Below, in pieces: positions 1 through 8,218 of a DNA stretch of 28,424 nucleotides. The notes under the pieces were generated by a model. That model saw only the letters and a list, made by a program, of their open reading frames with translations. It searched no databases and had not been told where the DNA came from. Both the position numbers and the translations under genes were made by a program. Position 1 is the first letter of the stretch. The number at the start of each line of letters is the position of its first letter. The stretch spans positions 1 to 28,424 of IMG/VR virus record IMGVR_UViG_3300042348_000330; one strand, given 5' to 3'. This DNA comes from a virus. Taxonomy: Duplodnaviria > Caudoviricetes.

Positions 1-1
1 C

Positions 2-832
2 CCAGGCAACACCGTCGTCTTCCAGGTCTACAAGGACCTATCACGTGCTACAACAGCACTAACACAGACAGCTGACCCAGATGCAGTAACACTATCAAAC
101 ACCGACAAGGTAAACGTAGTTGTTGATGAATTCGGTAACGCTGTAATCACAACAGAGCGTTTGGCTCTAGAGTCACTTTCAGCAATTGACCCAGCAGTCG
201 CAGACATGTTGTCTTTCAACATGCGCGATTCATTGGATTCACTTGTATGGCAGAAGCTCACATCACTTGCAACAATGCGCTACACAGGTTCTTCTTCTGC
301 TGATGAAACAACAATCAACGGTGAGAACGTATCTTCAAGCACAACAGCTCCATACCTAACAGCAGCTCTTGCTCGTAAGGGTGTAGCTAAGCTTCGCGGT
401 GCATCTGTTCAGCCACGTGATGGCGGATTCTACACAGCACTAATCCACCCAGATGTGTCATTCGACCTTCGTTCAGAAGCAGCATCTGCTGGAAACACTG
501 CATGGCAGCTTCCACACACATACACAGAGGCTGGCGTTGCCAACCTATGGAATGGTGAAATCGGTATCTTCGACCAGGTTCGTTACATCGAGACACCACG
601 TGCTGAGTCAATCTCAGGTTCAGGAACATCTAAGGTTTACGCAACTGTACTCCTTGGTAAGCAGGCTCTTGTTGAGGCTGTTTCATACGAGCCAAAGACT
701 GTTATCGGTCCAGTTACAGATAAGTTGATGCGCTTCCGCCCAGCGGGTTGGAAGGGTCTACTTGGATGGAACGTCTACCGCAAGGAAGCACGTTACGTCA
801 TCCAGACCAAGTCAAGCATCGCAACAGCGTAA
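2..832 (+). CDS. Major capsid protein, C-terminal part (N4-gp56-like family); 5' truncated by the window edge
   Basis: The frame of ORF 161..832 stays open back to base 2 (PGNTVVFQVYKDL...EFGNAV). It contains IHPDVSFDLR, GEIG...VRYIET and D-x-L-x-R-x-x-x-x-GWK motifs typical of this capsid family, and is followed by a strong hairpin. Confidence 0.85.
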   Translation, partial: PGNTVVFQVYKDLSRATTALTQTADPDAVTLSNTDKVNVVVDEFGNAVITTERLALESLSAIDPAVADMLSFNMRDSLDSLVWQKLTSLATMRYTGSSSADETTINGENVSSSTTAPYLTAALARKGVAKLRGASVQPRDGGFYTALIHPDVSFDLRSEAASAGNTAWQLPHTYTEAGVANLWNGEIGIFDQVRYIETPRAESISGSGTSKVYATVLLGKQALVEAVSYEPKTVIGPVTDKLMRFRPAGWKGLLGWNVYRKEARYVIQTKSSIATA

Positions 833-841
833 CTTTGACAG

Positions 842-872
842 GAAGGGGGAGGGCAACCTCCCCCTTCTACTT
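842..872 (+). terminator. GC-rich hairpin after the capsid gene (probable weak terminator or mRNA-stabilising stem)
   Basis: GAAGGGGGAGG-GCAA-CCTCCCCCTTC: 11-bp perfect stem with a GNRA loop and only a short TACTT tail. Confidence 0.7.
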
Positions 873-881
873 AAGGGAGAT

Positions 882-1091
882 ATGGCAAAGAAAAAGCAAA
901 AACCAGATACAACCTTCTTAACACCACTCAAACTACATGCTGTGCAAGCACATGAGTTGTATACAGAATACAAAGAGGCGGGGTTCACAGAAGGCGAAGC
1001 ATGGGAATTACTAATGCGCCAACTTCCTGATTTGGAATTAGAGGCACTTGATTTTCTAGAAGAGGGGTTAGACGATGCCGATGAACAATAA
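882..1091 (+). CDS. Hypothetical protein, 69 aa (basic N-terminus, acidic C-terminus)
   Basis: AAGGGAGA RBS before ATG 882; MAKKKQKPD...HELYTEYKEAGFTEGEAW. Confidence 0.7.
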   Translation: MAKKKQKPDTTFLTPLKLHAVQAHELYTEYKEAGFTEGEAWELLMRQLPDLELEALDFLEEGLDDADEQ

Positions 1092-1224
1092 GAAACCAGC
1101 AGTAAAAAAGCCATCAGTTAAAAAGAATGTTATGCCACCAGATTACGACGTAATCCTTCCTGGCATGGGATACACAAAGCCAACTAAGAAGAGCTCACCA
1201 AAGAAGATTAAGAAGGGTAAGTAA
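1075..1224 (+). CDS. Small Lys/Pro-rich protein, 49 aa (not in the ORF track)
   Basis: Read by hand: MPMNNKKPAVKKPSVKKNVMPPDYDVILPGMGYTKPTKKSSPKKIKKGK*. GAGGGG upstream; fills the gap between neighbouring genes. Confidence 0.65.
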   Translation: MPMNNKKPAVKKPSVKKNVMPPDYDVILPGMGYTKPTKKSSPKKIKKGK

Positions 1225-1225
1225 C

Positions 1226-1393
1226 ATGCCAATGGTCGACGGAGAGAAGTTTCCATATACTGCTAAGGGAATCGCAGCAGCTAAGAAGAAGAACAAGAAG
1301 CACGAAAAGACTGAAAGCAAGATGGAACGAGCCGTTGAATACGGCAAGAAGAAGCCTGCGGTTAAGAAGCCTGCGGTTAAGAAGAAGAAGTAA
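1226..1393 (+). CDS. Small Lys-rich protein, 55 aa (not in the ORF track)
   Basis: Read by hand: MPMVDGEKFPYTAKGIAAAKKKNKKHEKTESKMERAVEYGKKKPAVKKPAVKKKK*. Its stop abuts the next ATG at 1394. Confidence 0.7.
   Translation: MPMVDGEKFPYTAKGIAAAKKKNKKHEKTESKMERAVEYGKKKPAVKKPAVKKKK
1349..1378 (+). repeat. 15-nt tandem repeat AAGAAGCCTGCGGTT x2 (encodes KKPAV x2)
   Basis: Exact tandem duplication visible in the sequence. Confidence 0.9.
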
Positions 1394-1669
1394 ATGGACC
1401 CAAGACTAAAACGAGCAGGCGTATCTGGCTTTAACAAGCCCAAGAAAACACCTAGCCATCCAACTAAGTCACATGTTGTTGTAGCCAAATCTGGTTCACA
1501 AATAAAGACTATTCGTTTTGGTCAGCAAGGCGTCAGTGGTTCACCAGAGAAGGCTGGCGAAAGCAAGTCTTATCGCCAACGTCGTCAATCATTCAAGGCT
1601 CGTCATGCTAAGAGCATAGCTAAAGGTCCTATGTCAGCAGCACACTGGGCAGATAAGGTGAAGTGGTAA
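1394..1669 (+). CDS. Small basic phage protein, 91 aa (KTIRFGQQG...F-x-ARH...W type)
   Basis: Very basic; the motif pattern recalls widespread small viral proteins of unknown function. Coupled to both neighbours. Confidence 0.7.
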   Translation: MDPRLKRAGVSGFNKPKKTPSHPTKSHVVVAKSGSQIKTIRFGQQGVSGSPEKAGESKSYRQRRQSFKARHAKSIAKGPMSAAHWADKVKW

Positions 1670-1923
1670 TGGCAAAGATTTTCCGTGGACCAACTATGCG
1701 AATCAAGTTAGGTCTATCTAATGACCTCTGGTTTGTTTCATATCCATGGGGAAAGACTGTTGTCAAAGACAATGGAACCTGGAAGACAATCGTATCTCCA
1801 CAAGACTCTAGTCTCGATGACTATCAAAAGGTATTACGTGGTGGTTACGACAATCCGATTACTGATGCAGAGGCAGCGGAGTTAACCGCTGCAGGTTATG
1901 GAGAATACATTGTCGAATTGTAG
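1669..1923 (+). CDS. Hypothetical virion-module protein, 84 aa
   Basis: TAATG overlap start at 1669; ends LRGG...ITDAEAAELTAAGY. Confidence 0.7.
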   Translation: MAKIFRGPTMRIKLGLSNDLWFVSYPWGKTVVKDNGTWKTIVSPQDSSLDDYQKVLRGGYDNPITDAEAAELTAAGYGEYIVEL

Positions 1924-2152
1924 AAGTGGTTGTCGCACACAAGACCACGCCAATTGGGGCGAGTGTGCTCGTGCAGCAAACTTTGGTATTAGCAACGAAG
2001 GTGCAGCATCAGCAATCAAGACAACTGATAGGGAGCTAAGCGCTTACCGCGATGCTCGCAAACTTGGTATTCAACCAGCATCAACCAAGATGAAAGACAT
2101 CCAGAAAGCCGTTCGGGTTTCTGAGAAAATAGGAAGGGCAGCGCAAGCGTAA
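1910..2152 (+). CDS. Hypothetical protein with a CRSGCRTQDH...C putative metal-binding N-terminus
   Basis: GGAG at 1900-1903 suits a TTG start at 1910 (alternative ATG at 1898); stop overlaps the next ATG. Confidence 0.65.
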   Translation: MSNCRSGCRTQDHANWGECARAANFGISNEGAASAIKTTDRELSAYRDARKLGIQPASTKMKDIQKAVRVSEKIGRAAQA

Positions 2153-3051
2153 TGGCAACATTAAACCAATTGGTAGAACAGACCATCGCCGAAGTTGGCG
2201 CCTATGTAAAGAACCAAGAATCAGTTACAGTTATTACAAGCTCTATCGACGATAACGATGTAACCATTCCAGTAGATGATGCGTCATCACTTAGTAAGGG
2301 TATCGTTGAGATTAACGAAGAACTTATCTATGTGAAGAAGTCAGTTAAAGACAGTGGTACCATTCAGGTACTAGGTACTGGCGCAACCGTAGCAGGACGT
2401 GGATGGCGTGGGACTACAGCAACAAGTCACGCTGTTGGTTCTATCGTACGTAACAATCCATTGTTCCCACGTACACAAGTCAAGCGAGCAATCCTAGAAA
2501 CAATTAAGGGAATGAACTTCCCAGTAATCGCAAACGAAACATTCCAATTCAATGGCTCTGATTATTCATACATCATGCCAGATGCTCTAGAAGATATCAC
2601 TGGTATCTCATGGGATGTGCCAGATTCAACAGGCGTATGGCAGATAATTAAAAACTGGCGTTTGGATACAAACTATTACGACCCAGCTACTGCAACGACA
2701 AAGCAGGCATTGGTTCTTAAAGAAGCACCTATGCCTGGTCGAGATGTACGAGTTCAGTACACAAAGTTTCCTACAGTTATTACCGACAACCAAGATTTAA
2801 CCGTAAGTGGATTGCCATCTTCTTGTGAAGATGTTGTTCGCCTCGGTGCTATGTACCGCCTACTGTCCACAGTAGACCCAGGAAAAGTTACAGCAGCGTC
2901 AGTATCTGCGGATGCTCTCGACCAACCAGTTGCACCTGGTACTTCAACCAATGCAGCTAAGTATATTTTCCAGCTTTACACTGTTCGCTTATCCGAAGAA
3001 ATCGCTAAGCAACAGGCTAACTTCCTAAACATAATCCAGTATACGAGGTAA
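2152..3051 (+). CDS. Probable head-tail adaptor / neck protein, 299 aa
   Basis: Lies between capsid and fibre genes. Helical N- and C-termini (MATLNQLVEQ...; VVRLGAMYRLL) flank a beta-rich insert (RGWRGTTATSH) that resembles the fibre N-terminus (RGIDGSTAKAH). Confidence 0.55.
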   Translation: MATLNQLVEQTIAEVGAYVKNQESVTVITSSIDDNDVTIPVDDASSLSKGIVEINEELIYVKKSVKDSGTIQVLGTGATVAGRGWRGTTATSHAVGSIVRNNPLFPRTQVKRAILETIKGMNFPVIANETFQFNGSDYSYIMPDALEDITGISWDVPDSTGVWQIIKNWRLDTNYYDPATATTKQALVLKEAPMPGRDVRVQYTKFPTVITDNQDLTVSGLPSSCEDVVRLGAMYRLLSTVDPGKVTAASVSADALDQPVAPGTSTNAAKYIFQLYTVRLSEEIAKQQANFLNIIQYTR

Positions 3052-3054
3052 CGA

Positions 3055-4917
3055 ATGCCATCACCATCACGTTATTACAGCTCCACAGCTGCAAAGACTA
3101 CGCTTGCTAGCGCAGTCGATTCAGGTAGCGCAAGCATTCAGCTTGCTGCACCATCAGGTCTTCCTTCACAGTATCCGTATACTCTTATTCTTGAGAAGGA
3201 TACGGCTAACGAAGAACTCGTCCAAGTAACTGGCGTTACTGGTTCCTCTTACGCTGTAACACGCGGTATTGATGGAAGCACAGCCAAGGCTCACTCAGTA
3301 GGTGCAACCGTAGAACACGGTGTATCTGCTCGTGACTACACAGACTCTCGTGCTCACGAAGCAGCGTCATCTGCACACAACGTCACTGGCGATATCGTCG
3401 GTACTGGCGGTACTCAAACTCTTACTGGTAAGACGCTAACCACAGCAACACTTGGTTCTGCTCTTGATGCTGGTAACTTTAAGATTACTAATCTTGCTAC
3501 ACCAACATCATCTTCTGATGCGGTACGTAAAGACTTTGCTGATGCTCAGGTAGCAGCAGCTTCTACATCAGCAGCATCTGCTGCACTCAGCGCCTCAAGC
3601 GCTGCAGCAAGTGCAACGACCGCTTCTAACTCTGCTGCTACTGCAACATCAAGTGCAGCCACAGCAGTGTCATCAGCAGCTACTGCGGTTTCATCCGCAG
3701 CAACTGCAGTAAGCAGTGCTGCAACAGCGGTTACATCAGCAGCTCAGGCAGCAACCTCTGCATCAAGTGCTGCAACGTCTGCAGCCTCTGCATTGACCAG
3801 CCAGAGTTCAGCAGCAACCAGTGCATCATCTGCATTAACAAGTGCCACGTCTGCTGCAGCTTCTGCTACAACAGCAGCAGCGTCAGTTGCTGCAATCTCA
3901 GCATTCGCAACTACTGCAAGTAACTCTGCAGCAACAGCAACTACTTCAGCAGCACAGGCTGCAACATCCGCAACCAGTGCAGCAACTTCGGCATCTAGTG
4001 CAGCAGCATCATTCGTATCAGTAACTGGTCTAACTGGTTCTGGTATCTTGCGTGACCTTGGTTCAATTACAGATACCGACACAACAACTACAACGTATTT
4101 AAACGTAGCAACATTGACAGCGTCTGCACAGACAAGTGCAACCGCTGCTGCTACAAGTGCGGCATCTGCACTCGCATCTCAAACATCAGCTAGTGCTAGC
4201 GCAACCACTGCTTTAAATAGTGCAGCGACTGCAACTACATCTGCTGCTCAGGCAGCAACTAGTGCCACATCTGCAGCCACCTCTGCTACCGCAGCAGCTA
4301 CCAGCGCAAACAGCGCAGCAGTTTCTGCAACAGCTGCAGCGACTAGTGCAACTAGCGCAGCAGCGTCAGCAACCACAGCACTTAACTCAGCTGCTACCGC
4401 TACAACATCTGCAAGTCAGGCTGCTACATCTGCTACCTCTGCTGCTACTTCAGCAACATCGGCAGCAGCATCAGCTACTGCAGCAGCAGCAAGTCTTGAT
4501 AGCTTTGATGACAGATACCTTGGCTCTCAGGGAACAGCACCAACGTTGGACAATGATGGTAACGCACTTCTTGAAGGAGCGCTTTACTGGAACTCAACCA
4601 ACAAGAACATGAACGTTTACAACGGAACCGCGTGGGAAGTTGTAACAACATCTGGTGATATCACTGCAGTTACTGCAGGAACTGGTATCTCTGGCGGTGG
4701 TGGTTCTGGTGCGGTCACGATTACAAACGCAATGGCTACAGCAATGACAGCCAAGGGCGACATCATTGTCGCAACTGGAAGCGGAACATTTGTTTCTCAG
4801 GCAGTTGGAACCAATGGTCAATTCTTACAAGCAGATAGCACACAGGCAGATGGTGTTAAGTGGTCCAACGTAGTAACAGACCCAATACCAGATGTACTAA
4901 TGATGATGGGAGCATAA
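3055..4917 (+). CDS. Tail fibre protein with a long Ala/Ser/Thr-rich coiled-coil stalk, 620 aa
   Basis: Contains GTQTLTGKTL, KITNLATPT...DAVRKDF, DSFDDRYLG...DNDGNAL..GALYWN, GDITAVTAGTG and AKGDIIV...GTNGQFLQADS fibre motifs. Confidence 0.8.
   Translation: MPSPSRYYSSTAAKTTLASAVDSGSASIQLAAPSGLPSQYPYTLILEKDTANEELVQVTGVTGSSYAVTRGIDGSTAKAHSVGATVEHGVSARDYTDSRAHEAASSAHNVTGDIVGTGGTQTLTGKTLTTATLGSALDAGNFKITNLATPTSSSDAVRKDFADAQVAAASTSAASAALSASSAAASATTASNSAATATSSAATAVSSAATAVSSAATAVSSAATAVTSAAQAATSASSAATSAASALTSQSSAATSASSALTSATSAAASATTAAASVAAISAFATTASNSAATATTSAAQAATSATSAATSASSAAASFVSVTGLTGSGILRDLGSITDTDTTTTTYLNVATLTASAQTSATAAATSAASALASQTSASASATTALNSAATATTSAAQAATSATSAATSATAAATSANSAAVSATAAATSATSAAASATTALNSAATATTSASQAATSATSAATSATSAAASATAAAASLDSFDDRYLGSQGTAPTLDNDGNALLEGALYWNSTNKNMNVYNGTAWEVVTTSGDITAVTAGTGISGGGGSGAVTITNAMATAMTAKGDIIVATGSGTFVSQAVGTNGQFLQADSTQADGVKWSNVVTDPIPDVLMMMGA
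3550..4495 (+). repeat. Low-complexity Ala/Ser/Thr heptad-like repeats (e.g. SSAATAV) in two blocks
   Basis: Protein-level 7-residue periodicity with synonymous-codon diversity, interrupted at ~4010-4120 by FVSVTGLTGSGILRDLGSITDTD. Confidence 0.85.
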
Positions 4918-4918
4918 C

Positions 4919-5116
4919 GTGCCAGCATTTGCACTACAACTACGTCGAGGAACTACAGCAGAACACTCGACATTCACAGGCTTGGTCGGAGAAATCACAG
5001 TTGATACCGACAAGGAAACCGTCGTAGTACACGACGGTGTAAAAGCTGGCGGTTATCCGCTAGCGAAAGTAACAGACGAAACAGGGATAGACCCTTTCTT
5101 ACTCATGGGAGCATAA
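4919..5116 (+). CDS. Small tail protein, Mtd N-terminal-like domain, 65 aa
   Basis: LQLRRGTT..HSTFTG..GEITVDTDK.TVVVHDG...GG.PL motif; ends DPFLLMGA. Confidence 0.75.
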   Translation: MPAFALQLRRGTTAEHSTFTGLVGEITVDTDKETVVVHDGVKAGGYPLAKVTDETGIDPFLLMGA

Positions 5117-5119
5117 CAA

Positions 5120-5443
5120 ATGGCATACAAAGTACTAGGACAACTAGCTGCTGCAACATCAACCGAAGAAGGTCTATACGCAGTACCCGCCTCTTCATCT
5201 GCAGTGGTATCAACAATCGTAATCGCAAACCGTGGAGCAACTTCTGCAACTTATCGCATTGGAGTTAAGCCAACAGCGGGAACAACAATTACAAATGCAC
5301 ACTGGATTGCTTACGATGTACCAATCGCAGCTAATGATTCAACAGCATTAACGCTTGGTATTACTCTTGCAGCAAACAATGCAATTCGTACATTAGCTTC
5401 AAACGCAAACTTGACATTTTCAGCATTCGGCACAGAACTTTAA
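5120..5443 (+). CDS. Small beta-rich tail-associated protein, 107 aa
   Basis: YKVLGQ...LYAVP...STIVIANR...YD..I.AN...LTLGITL...FSAFGTE pattern; coupled to the upstream gene. Confidence 0.7.
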   Translation: MAYKVLGQLAAATSTEEGLYAVPASSSAVVSTIVIANRGATSATYRIGVKPTAGTTITNAHWIAYDVPIAANDSTALTLGITLAANNAIRTLASNANLTFSAFGTEL

Positions 5444-5463
5444 TAGATAGGTAGGTAGGCTTT

Positions 5464-6060
5464 ATGGCTATCAGTAGATTCGCTGCTTCAAGGTTGACCC
5501 AAGGTCTGCCTAAATATCAAAGTGCATGGGACCAAGACGGTGTCCAACAGGGTGCGATGGTTCCTATTATTTCCAGAACTCAAACAGTAGATGAAAATAA
5601 TTATGTTATTTCAAACATTCCTCAAGTTTATCAAGACTTAAGAATCGTAATTGTTGCAAGAGGAAGCGATACTGCTGCAATAAACCTTTACACAATCTAC
5701 CCAAATGGAACGCTGACTGGATGTAGTAGAACTACAATCCAGGGAGATGGCGCTACGCCATCTTCGTATCGGCATACAACATCTTCGCCAACTTATGGAA
5801 TTCAATGTTTAGTTCCAGGTGGTGGAAATACAACCAACTACTGGGGCATTCAAGTTGTTGATATTTTAAATTATGCTAGCACATCTGCAAAGGTTGCAAT
5901 AAGTAGAGTTGGTTCAGATTATAACGGCGCAGGCGGTGCAGAACTGACGGTTACTAATATTGCTAACAGTGCTGCGATTACACATATTAGTTTATCTGGA
6001 ACAGCAAACTTAAAAGCGGGTACATCTGTGTCTGTTTATGGAATTAAGGCAGGAGTATAA
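5464..6060 (+). CDS. Paralogous tail/receptor-binding module protein A, 198 aa
   Basis: Family motifs NIPQVYQDL, DILNY, YGIK; N-terminus MAISRF...WDQD..QQGAMVPI. Confidence 0.7.
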   Translation: MAISRFAASRLTQGLPKYQSAWDQDGVQQGAMVPIISRTQTVDENNYVISNIPQVYQDLRIVIVARGSDTAAINLYTIYPNGTLTGCSRTTIQGDGATPSSYRHTTSSPTYGIQCLVPGGGNTTNYWGIQVVDILNYASTSAKVAISRVGSDYNGAGGAELTVTNIANSAAITHISLSGTANLKAGTSVSVYGIKAGV

Positions 6061-6062
6061 AT

Positions 6063-6572
6063 ATGATGAGATGGATTGCAAGCCAAACATTTCCAAGTGG
6101 TGGCTCTGGAACATTTGTACAATTTACAAATATTCCACAGGAATATGACCATCTTCAATTTAGAATCTATAGCCGTTCAGGTAATACTGGTGCTGCTGGT
6201 GGTATTTATATGGCTGGAAACTCATATCACATCACATGGGGAAATGGTACAACTACTGGTCAGTCATCTTGGGGTTCTGTAACAAACTCAATTATGGATG
6301 GTATTGGTAACAGCTCTACCGCTGGAACATTTAATGGTTTTATTTTAGACATATTTGATTATAGTAAAACAACAAAAGGAAAAACATTTAAATGGGTTGG
6401 TGGCTGGGATGCTAATGGTTCTGGCTTTGCTGAAGTTGGCAGTGGTGGTCTTACATCAACGGCTGCTGTAACAAGCTGGTTCTTTGATACTGGAGCACCA
6501 AATTATTTTACTCAAGGAAGTCGATTTGATTTATACGGCATCACATCTAACCCAGTAGCGACAGGAGCTTAG
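6063..6572 (+). CDS. Paralogous tail module protein B, 169 aa
   Basis: FTNIPQEYDHLQFR, ILDIFDYS.T.K.KT, GWDANGSG; ends GSRFDLYGITSNPVATGA. Confidence 0.7.
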   Translation: MMRWIASQTFPSGGSGTFVQFTNIPQEYDHLQFRIYSRSGNTGAAGGIYMAGNSYHITWGNGTTTGQSSWGSVTNSIMDGIGNSSTAGTFNGFILDIFDYSKTTKGKTFKWVGGWDANGSGFAEVGSGGLTSTAAVTSWFFDTGAPNYFTQGSRFDLYGITSNPVATGA

Positions 6573-6573
6573 T

Positions 6574-7104
6574 ATGCCAAAAGGTATGTTACCTATATAC
6601 ACACAAACAGTTACCGCTGCAGGTGGGGTTGCTTCAATCACGTTCAACAATATTCCACAAACATTTACAGACCTTGTTATTATGCCATCTTTTCGGGCTA
6701 CGCTAAACGGCGGTGTTGTTGTTACAAATGTTAATCTAATAATTAATGGTGATACAACATCAACACCTTATTCTATAACTGGCTTCGGTGGTAACGGAAG
6801 CTCAACATATTCTGAAAGAGCAGCAACCCAAAATACACTAAGACTTGGTTTTCTTGTCAGTAGTTTAGGAACTGCAAATTATTTTGCAACCAATACAATA
6901 ACAGTTGGTGACTACACTTCAACTAAAGTAAAACCATGGGTTGCCGAAACTTGCACAGAAAACAATGGAACTGCAAACTGGACTGGACTCTATTCTGGCG
7001 CTTATAGAAACCCTGCTCCTATTACACAAATCGCTTTTACAAGCGATGCTGGAAATATTGCACAAAATTCTACGGTAACTCTTTACGGAATTGGAAAAGC
7101 ATAA
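6574..7104 (+). CDS. Paralogous tail module protein C, 176 aa
   Basis: MPKGMLPIYTQTV, FNNIPQTFTDL, ENN, YRNPAPI, TLYGI. Confidence 0.7.
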   Translation: MPKGMLPIYTQTVTAAGGVASITFNNIPQTFTDLVIMPSFRATLNGGVVVTNVNLIINGDTTSTPYSITGFGGNGSSTYSERAATQNTLRLGFLVSSLGTANYFATNTITVGDYTSTKVKPWVAETCTENNGTANWTGLYSGAYRNPAPITQIAFTSDAGNIAQNSTVTLYGIGKA

Positions 7105-7676
7105 TGGCAATTAGACGATTCTCAATAGCAGAACCAGGTGTAAAGTCCAACAAGTTTTGGGACCAGGATACTCAACAAGGTGCAATGGTTCCCATTGGTC
7201 ATGTAATTGCTAACGGCAATAACTCCAATATGAACTTTCTTAACATACCAAATCACTATCGTGATTTGGTTTTAGTTATTAATGCTACATCAAATAGTGC
7301 ACATAGCGGTGCAATTATTTTTAATTACGCAAGTTTTGGTACTTACTCTGCTACGTTCTTGAGAGGCAACGGTTCTTCTGCTTTAAGCACGAGAGTAACA
7401 TCATCTGGTGCTGGACCATTACTTTCAAACGTTACTTATGGTCAAACGATTCCAACGTCAAGTGTTATACATATACAAAATTATGCAAACACTTCTGGGT
7501 TTAAAACTTATCTCGGAAGAAATGCTGCCGACGTTAATGGTTCTGGAGAAACACAAATGATTGCTGGACTATGGCAAAAGACGGAAGCTATATATGAAAT
7601 ACTTTTATCTAGTGGAAGTGGTTCTATATTTTGGTCTGGAACCGCAACCCTATACGGTATTAAGGCAGGCGCTTAA
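7104..7676 (+). CDS. Paralogous tail module protein A', 190 aa
   Basis: MAIRRF...WDQDTQQGAMVPI, NIPNHYRDL; ends YGIKAGA. Confidence 0.7.
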   Translation: MAIRRFSIAEPGVKSNKFWDQDTQQGAMVPIGHVIANGNNSNMNFLNIPNHYRDLVLVINATSNSAHSGAIIFNYASFGTYSATFLRGNGSSALSTRVTSSGAGPLLSNVTYGQTIPTSSVIHIQNYANTSGFKTYLGRNAADVNGSGETQMIAGLWQKTEAIYEILLSSGSGSIFWSGTATLYGIKAGA

Positions 7677-8216
7677 ATGACAATGCATCATATCGCAGGT
7701 ATAACAGCAACAGCTGGGCAAAGTAATATAAACTTTTCATCATTACCACAAAACTTTACACATATTCAAGTTAGAATTAGTGGAAGAAGCGCAAACACTT
7801 CTGGTTCTTTTGGTAGTGTTTACAGTGGTTTTAATGGCGAAGTTTTTACAGGAACAAGTTATACACATCATAATGTTTCAGGTGAAGGTTCTTCAACAGC
7901 CGTACTTGCACAAGCATCACAAGGTCAATTAAACATAGGAGGCGGGTTCTTTCCTTGGAGCACAATTCTTGCGAATGTTCAAGCTTCTTTGATAATTGAC
8001 ATACTTGACTACTCAAGTACGTCAAAAAATAAAACAATAAAATATATTATGGGTTGGGATGCCAATGGTTCTGGAAGAGCCATGTTTGGCTCAGGGATGC
8101 GGATGAACACTGCTGCAATAAATGAAATATATTTTAGTCCTGACGCTGGATTTACAGCGGGTTCTCGTCTTGATGTATACGGTATTACCAACAACCCAAT
8201 AGCGATGGGAGCCTAA
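7677..8216 (+). CDS. Paralogous tail module protein B', 179 aa
   Basis: FSSLPQNFTHIQVR, IIDILDYS.T.K.KT, GWDANGSG; ends GSRLDVYGITNNPIAMGA. Confidence 0.7.
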   Translation: MTMHHIAGITATAGQSNINFSSLPQNFTHIQVRISGRSANTSGSFGSVYSGFNGEVFTGTSYTHHNVSGEGSSTAVLAQASQGQLNIGGGFFPWSTILANVQASLIIDILDYSSTSKNKTIKYIMGWDANGSGRAMFGSGMRMNTAAINEIYFSPDAGFTAGSRLDVYGITNNPIAMGA

Positions 8217-8218
8217 CC

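Noticed and set aside
3744-4612. Alternative-frame and antisense ORFs (Gln/Leu-rich, Ala/Val-rich) over the fibre gene
   Set aside because: Shadow ORFs produced by GCA/GCT/ACA/TCA codon repeats.
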